From assembly GCA_030637655.1 (NCBI GenBank), contig DAOWGI010000083.1, positions 1-26,344 on the forward strand: a stretch of DNA of 26,344 nucleotides, read 5' to 3'. This DNA comes from a candidate division FCPU426 bacterium (lineage in GTDB: Bacteria > Oederibacteriota > JAAXVQ01 > JAUVAV01). The notes beneath the pieces are model-generated. The model was given only the letters and a program-made list of their open reading frames with translations, had not been told where the DNA came from and searched no databases. The translations under genes were made by a program, and so were the position numbers. Below, one piece after another: positions 1 through 9,400 of the stretch (position 1 is the stretch's first letter; each line of letters begins with the position of its first letter).

Positions 1-247
1 AGACCACGGTTTTTCCATTGCCCTGAAAACCCCGGTTAATGGCGCCTATTTTCTCCGGAATGGTCAGCGCTTTTCCCAGGTGAGCAATCCGCAAAAAATT
101 AGGCTGAGATATAGCGTAATTGCCCGCATCAAAGGCCCAGGTCACGTAAGGCAGAATAAAACTTACTGCAATTAAAATAGTACATGCTTTTATCCAGGTA
201 CGAAACTTGGGATGATGAAAAGCGGACATTGAAGTCAGCTTGGACAT
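1..247 (-). CDS. 5' part of a second giant-protein paralogue (runs off the left edge)
   Basis: ATG at 247 with AAGGGA upstream. It translates MSKLTSMSAFHHPKFRTWIKACTILIAVSFILPYVTWAFDAGNYAISQPNFLRIAHLGK..., colinear with 11198-11444 (about 12 mismatches in 247 nt by manual count, mostly synonymous). Confidence 0.92.
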   Translation of the reverse strand, partial: MSKLTSMSAFHHPKFRTWIKACTILIAVSFILPYVTWAFDAGNYAISQPNFLRIAHLGKALTIPEKIGAINRGFQGNGKTVV

Positions 248-304
248 TTTGATTTCCCTTTCATATACATTTAATTTAGTGATAGATATAAGTCTGTTGT
301 TTTA

Positions 305-332
305 AGTATATCACTAAAAATCAAAAAGGCAA
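305..332 (-). promoter_or_regulatory. Putative sigma70 promoter of the paralogue (TTGCCT-16nt-TATACT with extended -10 TG)
   Basis: The same motif and spacing are conserved upstream of the other paralogue at 11514-11541. Confidence 0.6.
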
Positions 333-412
333 TAATCGCAAATGTTTTTAATTGTTTGCAGTTGGGTGTTTCAATTCAAAACGGGTTTTGAGGTTAAAAA
401 AAGCATATTTTC

Positions 413-437
413 GGGCGAATACAAGATTCGCCCCTAC
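413..437 (-). repeat. GTAG-type REP palindrome (GTAGGGGCGAATCTTGTATTCGCCC)
   Basis: GTAG tetramer followed by a GGGCGAAT/ATTCGCCC stem, 40 nt downstream of the giant gene stop. A related copy lies at 10398-10421. Confidence 0.8.
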
Positions 438-476
438 GGCATCCGGCGCATTGCCAAGCCAAGAGAGAGGACCGGC

Positions 477-3400
477 TTACGCTGCGTTGGCAAAACTAAA
501 CTGGAGCGTGCGTCTTTCATTTATCCTGGCAGCCAAATCCGGCTCCATTTCAAATGCTCCTTCTATTTTATAGCTATAAAGCAAGGCATTCTGCACTATG
601 GCACCCATGCGCAGCGCCTTGGGAATATATATTTTATGCGGTCCATTAGCTGCGCTGGTATATGTTCCCAGTACGGCTGTTTCCCTGCCGAACATTTTCG
701 AATTTTCAAAGTATTTACCCAGGCTCAATAAAGCTGCTTCATAATCTTTAGCAGTTGTCCCTGTTTGTCGGGCTTGGTATTTTAATATGCTCATAAGGGA
801 ACGCGCGAACTTTGCTTTCGCGGCTTTTTTCTTCCGGTCACTTTTCGCCAGGCAATAGGCATTATAATGCTGCAGCGGCGCTTCTATTTTACCAAACTGT
901 TTTGTAAAAATAGCATGGCCGATAAGAGACTCCACTTCTTGGTCAAAACTTCTCTGAATAGCAGCAGTTATTGGTTTAATGTTCGGCAAAACTTCCTGAC
1001 AGGGAACCACTGCAACCAGCGTAGCCGGGTCCAGCGCGTTGGCAGTAACATCAGCATCCGATTTTATGAAAACATGCGAAATAGCCGGTATGGCAACTCT
1101 AACTTTTTGGCCCGAGGGAGCTGTTACTGTCTTTTCCACTACTCTATCATTGTGCACCATGGCATTTACCTGATAGGGCAGTAACCCCCCGCCCAAATTG
1201 ACAAAGACCGGCTGGTCAGGAGCAATCTGCGCTAAAATCTGCTTTAACTGCGCGCTCTCAACTGCTGTCAATATCCCATTTTCTCTGGTCAAAATACTCT
1301 GAATAAAGTTCAATACATCCTTTAGCTTTCGGTTTTCACCAACCTGATCCAAAAGTTTTGCCGCTATTTGTTGATAAATTCCAGGAACCTCTGACTTGTC
1401 AGCAAACAAAAGATGGGCCATATCATATTTTTTAGGCAGATCTTTTTCATTTATGTTCAGCAGTTCCAGCTTTAAAGCAGCGCTATTGACCCCGTACTTT
1501 AAACGCATAAGCTGTTCCTGAATGCTCCGCACCACGCCTTCCAGAAGCTCCGGCTGGTCTATTGTTTCTAAAATCATTTCTCGCATGCTTTGCAGTGAAA
1601 GACGAAGCGCAGGATTCTCAATTTTCGCGATTTGTTCCTGGCTCAAGTTTTGTATTATATATGCAGTCCATTTAATATTTTTATCCCAACCCTTGCCTAA
1701 GGTTATCTCCAGTTGTTTAGTCATTTCCACACTGTCCCACAAACTGCCGGCTTTTTTGTTAACCATTGACCCGATAATATTCAGGATTTCCAGAATCTGC
1801 GGGCCAGAAACGCCGATTTGTCTTTCTACATTCTGCTTACTATAAAAAGCAGCCACAGCAGATACTCCATGCTCTGCCGGCTTATTTAAGTCACCGGCTG
1901 TTCGCCAGGTAACGCCCGGACCATAAATTTTGCTGAGTTCATCCGCTGCTTCTGCTCCTGCCTGGATTGCCTTTATCGCATATTTGTCAAATTGCTGATC
2001 CAGCTTCCAGGCAATAAATCTCGAGATTGTCCGCCATATAATATTGTCCTTGCTTTTTTTCACTATATATCCTGCCCAGGCCGGCATGCTTATAATAGTT
2101 TCGAAATCTTCTTCTGTTAGTCTCGAAGTTAAACCCTTAGCAGCCTGCGGTTTAAGCTTACGTTCCACGTAAAATTCACCGCATTCCACGAAGAGGTTTT
2201 TTTCAATCTTTTCACCGAACATCGGCCCAAAAATAGCCTGCTTAAAATCATCTCTCTTTCCGTATATTTTCGCATAGATGATTTTACCAAAAGAAGTATC
2301 CTTTAGCGACGCATTGGATTTCGTTGCCCCTAAAAATTGCCTCATGGATTCACGGTCAAACGGCTCCATGGTGGTTAAAAAATTCACTAAATAGTGCGAG
2401 ACTATCCAAAACGAGAAAAGTATGCCCAGGCTCAAGCCGGGTGACAAGAAAAGAAAATGCACGACTATCAGAACAAAACTATTGAGTATAGCCAACTTAT
2501 TGGCTATTTCTTGTCTTTCTTGCAGCACAGACTCATTGATTCCACTTTTGCCGCTTTTATCATAATGAGCCCTGGTGAATACGCCCCCTTTAAATTCATC
2601 ACCCACGCTGGGGAGTGTATAAAAGAAAAAGCTTGCTTCAATTACCTTAGTGGTTACAGCCCAATTTCCGGCCCACAGACTTGTAGCCATAAAAATAATC
2701 GCGAAAAACGGAATCCCCGGAATCACTAATTCCGCGGGGCTAGCGAATTTCCGGATATACGTACGGCTTGAAATGCCCAGCTTTTTTGCCCACGCTTCCA
2801 GCCGCCACATGGCGCCGCCGGTTGGTGCCGGCGGTTTCCGGCCACGCTTCATGTCTTCAGCATTATCCGGGACTATGTCCGCTGTGACAGCTGATACCGC
2901 GTACATACTGATTTCATCCAATTCTTTATCAAATTCCGGCCGTTTATCTTCGCTCACTTTTTCTAACAATATCTTTTCCACTATCTCAGGATGTTTTAGT
3001 AAATATTCCACTTCCAACCCGTGTAAAAAACCAGATACCGCGCTAACTTCCCGATCGCCCTTGACTATTTTAACCGCACTCAGACGTTGCAACAAAGCAG
3101 CCATGACCACAGAACGCATGCTGATTATGGAGTCATATTCCCCATGCAAATATTTGTATTGTTCCATGAACAAGGGCATAGGCAAAAAGAACCTGCGGTG
3201 GTTTTCAACATATTTTTCAAACTCCCCATCTTGCCGCACTTGCCCATCCGGCGCGCCTGCCAGACCGAGCCTCCCTTTGCACCAATGCCATAAGCGCTCG
3301 GACTGTGTAATAAAAGTATCATGAATTACATCACCCAAAGTAAATTTACCCTCTTGATAAAAAGAATAATAAAAAAACCTGACCAAGATAATGATGACAG

Positions 3401-6400
3401 GCAATCCGGAGAGCAATAAAACAATGGGCACCAAGATAACTATATTATTATCAAATTGCATTATAAAGGGTAAACCTTGATAGAACAGCAAGAATTCGTA
3501 AACCAGAAAAGCTATTGTTGGTATTGCGGCCATAAACAAGCTTAGGAGCTTGTCAGCTTTCCCTAAATTGCTTGTAAAATATTTTTTAACCAAGAAAATA
3601 TCGCACGCGCTGCATGTGCCGGCATAGGATGGAAATCGTTCTTCCAATAAAATTGCCCTTTTTTTCACCTTATGGTTGGCTATTATTTCGGCTAAATTCC
3701 CGGCGTAAAAATACAGGTCATGATGGCCTACAGAGAGGTAGACTTTCTTGCCCTTTACGTCCACTTTTAAACTGCGGGTTTTTTCCTCTATTTGTTCAGT
3801 TTTCTGAGGATAATATTCAGGAAACACCTTGTCCCAAAGTTCGGAGATTTGGTCCACAAAGACCAACTTTTGTTCCGGGCTGTGGGGACGTCTTGTAATC
3901 AATCCTTTTTCCAAAAAAACATCAGCCAAACGGTCAAAATCATCCGCTTGCAGGATAAGTTCTGCCAGGTTCTGCATAGATACACCCATTTGCTCTGCTT
4001 TATTTAATATTATCTCAGCATCGTAGTTCCGGGTCGTCTCTTTGAACTCCAACCAGGCCGACAACCTGGTTAATCCTTGATTGATCAGAAAATTATTTAC
4101 CCAGGTTACCGCAAACATATAAGGCATGGTTAAAGAGGTTATAACCACTGAATCATTTTTTCGCGCTCGGCTCGGCGTCCAGCCTAACCTCTTTGCCAGG
4201 GAGGCGCCGGGCGTGCGAGCAGGTTGTTTCTTGGTTTTTTTATCTTCCACGGTACCTCGCAAATCCAGTACATAAGAAGCAATTGCAGAATCAGTGTCCG
4301 GCGCCTGTTCCTTAATTCTCTTAATAAGTTCGCGTAATCGTCCTGCTAAACTACACTGGTGGAAATCATCACCTGTTTTAAATATAATTCCGGGAGAGAC
4401 ATCACCATATGCGTCTTTAAGGAAATTTGACTTTCGTTCAACCCCAGGCATAACTATATCCTGCTTCCCGCCTTTTCCCCACCGCACTAATGCCCAAAAA
4501 GCTTCCTGCGCTAAATTAATACGGCCATAAAGTATACCCGTATCATTATAAATATTTTCTTCCAGATAAATATTTTCCTCCAGCAATTGGATAATTAATT
4601 CCACAATATCACGGTCAATAAATTCGATATATTCCGGATTAGATAGTACCAATAACGCTTGCAGGCGTACGTAAGGATCAGCTGACTGCAATGCCCGTTT
4701 ATAGATAGGTAGGCTTTTAGGTTTTTTGAAGCGGGCGGCAAGCAATACCAACCCCTGATCAAACTCCCGCGGGCTTTGCACAAGTTCTGTGACTATCTCC
4801 TCCTCCGCAACTCCCCAATTTCTCAGCAGTCCAATGATTAGGTCACGTGTTGGGGATGTTATTTCCCAAGTAGGTAAAAATTTAATAAAATCTGATTTTA
4901 AATCTTTCAGATCATGTTTTTTTGCGAAAGCGGCAATTTCCGATATATCCTCCGAAGAAAAAGACCTTTTCCCAAGCATCCGGCGCAGGCCCGGCCGCAT
5001 TAGGGATGGATCAATTTTAGCGAAAACATTTAAAAGCGCCATTTGGAAGACAATATCTCCGCTGCCGGGTTCTGCGAGCTTCTCCACATAATATGTGAAT
5101 AGTTTATATAATCTTCCATTAAGATTTTCAGATTGTTTAAGAACTGACTTTGAATAACCATTTAAGGCCTTGGCTGCTTCTCTTCTGTCCTTTGAAAAAG
5201 TTGGTCTTTTTATAATCCCTAAGAAAGAAAAAGTATCTTTCTCTATTACCCGCAAAAAGATTGTCAGGTTTTCTTGGGTATCCATACCTTTGACTGCCCG
5301 CGCTTTTTCGGCTGCTATTGACAGCAGGGGCAATGTTTTTGCGATTCTGGCTCTTAAGCCTTTCTCTTTTTTCCTCCACTCAAGAACTTTTTTGTTATAC
5401 CAGGCATGGACCCAAATGTTTAATTGTCTCGCTTTATCATTATCCCTTATCAGCTTTCTGCCTATTTTCACTCCGTAATTCGCGCTAATAAAAATAAGTA
5501 TTATTGGAATTACCCCTGTTACTTTTAATATTACTGTTAGTGCATAAATAGACAGAGGCAAAATCAACATCCACAAATACATTGTAGCTGCCAAAACAAA
5601 ACCAGCCCACCATAGCCGCATTTCTTCTTCTCTCCCCTTATGCGCGGCTTGAAAAATGTCGGTTCGCTTCAGTGTATAAAACAATGCCGGCATTAATGCC
5701 GCTATAAGAGGCGCAGTCCCGGGATAATGAAAGACTAACAATAAAAACACTACTGCCGTAATCTCCTGAATTATCCTCCCGGGAAAAAGGAGAAGCAATT
5801 GTTCATCTACCCCTTTCCAGTTTAATACTATTTTTTTCAGCTCGTTTTTCTCAAGCAATTCATTTATTTCTGCTTGTAATTCCCAAAATGCCTCCTTCTC
5901 CCTGTCCGGGACAAATAGTAATGATTCGTGTTTAGGCACTATTTCTGTAGTGATTTCATAGTATAAGTCAAACTGATCTTCAGCAAACCCCGGATTAGCT
6001 TCCGCTAAAGCGCTATCTACTATGGATAGCAGCGTCTTTTTTTGTATTCGAGATTTTACTTCCGTAGGCAACACCTTTTTCGATTCACAATATCGATTAA
6101 ATTTATAGTGCAAATACAGGAAGGCTGCAATACTGATCAGGAGATTTACGGAAGGAAAAACATAGGTGGGAATAGCCAGCCACAACAAACCTGTGATCAG
6201 CGATATGAAGGCGGTAATCACGGCATTTTTCAGAGGCGTTTTAGTTTTAGTGCGCAGAAATGGCAGTAGCTTGTCCAAATGGAACAACACCGGATAGAGA
6301 ATCAGGGCCAATTTGAATGTGCTCTGTGAAATCGCCATTAAGCTGTCCGTGGGCAGCCATTGCGCCATGATAGGATGCGTTCCCCACAGGCTGCTTAAGC

Positions 6401-9400
6401 CCCAGAGCCCTATTCCGCCGGCTATCAGCACCCAGGCAATCTCAATAAAAACCAGATACTTGTCATATGTCTTTTCTGTCATCGGAAACCGCTTAAGCGT
6501 CCAGGTCTTTAACAGCGCGAATTTGCCGCCGAGCGATGCAGCAGTGCCGGATTTGATATCCTTATCAAAACCCGATAATTCCAGTTTCTCCAGCTCAATG
6601 GATCTTTGCAATTTTGACGTATCCACGCCTTTTGGCGCTTCAGCAAAGAAGTGGCCGAAAAACTGCCCGATTTTCGCATTCAAATATTTTAGCGGAGTAT
6701 CTTTTAGGGTCTTGTTGGCATTATGCTTTTGCAATACTTCAATCACGGCTTGTTCTGCTGCCGGGGTAAATTTCCCCAGGTCTTTCACCCGCATCAATTC
6801 CATGTGCTTGAGTTCTTTGGCAACCCATCCGACAATATCGCCAATGGCTTCCTTTTCGTCTCCAGTAAATCCTTCTGCGAATTTATTGGCCCAGGCAATA
6901 AATTCCGGCGTTTCGATATCCCACATCACAGTACCTGAATTTGTAAGGGTCAAAGTCCCGTTTACTAATCCTTTCCAAACCGGTACTTTTCCTATTCTCT
7001 CTCTGACTTGTTCAAAAGCGCGCTCAACATCCTCTGGATTAACCACGTTACTCTGCGCGGCTTTATCTTCTGCGGACAATTGCTTCAACTTAGGATACAG
7101 AACCGTAGCATGAAATTGGCCGGGCCGGGTAAAGGCCGCTTTAAAGCCATATTCTTCGGCCACTTGCTCTAAGTCCTTTTCAACCTCTTTCATTTTATCT
7201 TCCAATTTCTTATTAGCGCTATCTTTTCCAACAACAATAGTTATAGGCGAATACTTTTTACCTGCAAAAACATTTTCAATATTTTTTCTTAAAACATCCG
7301 GATCAGTAATCAGATATTTAGGCTTAAAATCAGCTTTCCATAACCACACCGCGATTATTGCCAAAACAAATATGACTATCAGATTAAATATGGCTTCCGG
7401 AGTATATGGTAAAATAAATCCCAACCCTATTCCGCCCAAATACAACGCCCAAATCACCCCTGCTGCCTGCAGGATATATACGTAAGTCAAAGAGCCAATG
7501 CTGCCAAAAATGTTATGAGTAAACGTTTCAAAAATTCGAATTATTTTTGCACCCCATAATTTACCTCCCATAGCTGTCATCGCCGATTTAGGCAAAATTG
7601 TATTTTGGCCGCGCTGCCACCTTAATGCGCTCCCCAGTGATTTGATGAGCGCTTGTGGAACAGTTAATCCTTTTTCCCGGTTTAATTCAAAGCTTAAACG
7701 CTGAATAGTAATACCTAAAAACAGCACTCCTAACGCCAATCCTGCAAATAAAAACCATATCCCAGAGGCATAATAACCCAGCCCTGCGACTCCCAAGCTT
7801 GAGATATAAGCTCTCCAGGGAGTTAATTCTCTTACAAATATTTTCATATACCAATACGATGTCAAACCAAAAGCGATTACGCCCCACAAAGGCGCCAGCG
7901 CAAAAATAAAGCCGATGTTGGCTGCTGCCAGGATGTAGGTAAACAGCACTTTAATTTTTGCTTCAAGGGTTAGACCATCCCAGCGGTCTTGTTTTAATAC
8001 ACGCTTGTTAGGAAAAATTGCCCAACCCAGACAGATATCTATTAGCATTAATTTGGAAAATCCAATACTGGTATTAACAAAGCCTACATACAGAGCGGTC
8101 ACTACAGCCACAAATCCAATGCTTCCCAATGACAACTCCTCTTTTGGTAATGGCCTTTTGTCTGATTCCGCACCTGTCACCGGATTCTCTTCATTTTCAA
8201 GTTCTTTGAAGCCATTCACCAATTCATGCAGAAAACTGCCGACTGGGACAGCTAACCTTGCGAGCATTACGTCTGCCAAAGGCAGCTGGCTTGGCATGCT
8301 AGCTAACATTGCCACCACTCCCAATAACAACAGCGAACTTACCGTGGCTGACATGGCGGCGTGGGCAGCCAGGTCGAATCTTTGATAAGGTGTTTGCTTT
8401 TCAGCTAATTTAAGGGAAGACACATACTTGCTTTTCCCGGAATCATACACAAGCACGCCCCAAACATAATGAGCAACTAAAAAGGCAACAAAAATTACGA
8501 CTGCAGGCACTATGATAAGCCAGCCGAAATCAATGAGAGTATGCGTGTCCTTTAGAATAAAATGCAGCACCGGAAAAAAATAAATAAACGCGGCTGCCAA
8601 GCCTTCGTACCTTCCCGCCTGGCGCGGCGTCCAGCCGCGCTTCTCTGCCCAGGGCCCGCCGATAGCGCCGGGAGTGCGATCAGCTAAACTTAAATCAGCT
8701 GATTCATTTGTAGCATCAATAAATTGAAGTTGCCCATTAACAAAACTTGCATAACCTACACTATCGTGAGCAGCAAAAATTATGTAATGATTGGGAAATA
8801 CTTCCCAACACCACTTACCATCCCTCTTCGGAGAATGTCCGACGACAAAAACCGCATTAGGTTGGCCTATATTTCCAAGAAAATTCTTCACATCTGGATA
8901 ATTATAGTCCTCATGATACCTATTTCGTTCCAACTGATAAACAATAGGATTATCCTTATTTGCAACATCTACATTTTTAATATCATCGAGGGTTACGCCG
9001 CCTTTTACAGGACCGGCATGACAACCCACAATCCCATCCCCCACACCCATTACAGGACTACTATTAATAAATTCTTCATATTTTTCCAAATAGTCCTTCC
9101 CATATCTCTCCCTTAATTTATTTTTGTACACTTTCCCTTGAGAAACACCGTTTATACTAAAGTCCGCTGATAAATAATCGTGATTGCCTAATACATAGTA
9201 AACATTATCTTTATTCTGTATTTTCAACTTCATAATAAACTGCATAATCTCAATTGAGGTATCCATTTCCGCTAATTTTTCTTGTTTTTCATTATGTACC
9301 GCATCACCTAAAATAACTAAAACCGCTTCTCCTCTATTTATCTTGCCAAGATTATCATTTGCATTTAATGTTTTTTTCAGATTATCCAAACGTGTATGTA

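Noticed and set aside
1-405. Assembly artefact, or a DGR template/variable repeat pair with 11198-11615
   Set aside because: Differences are mostly synonymous and not adenine-specific, and no reverse transcriptase is present in the window.
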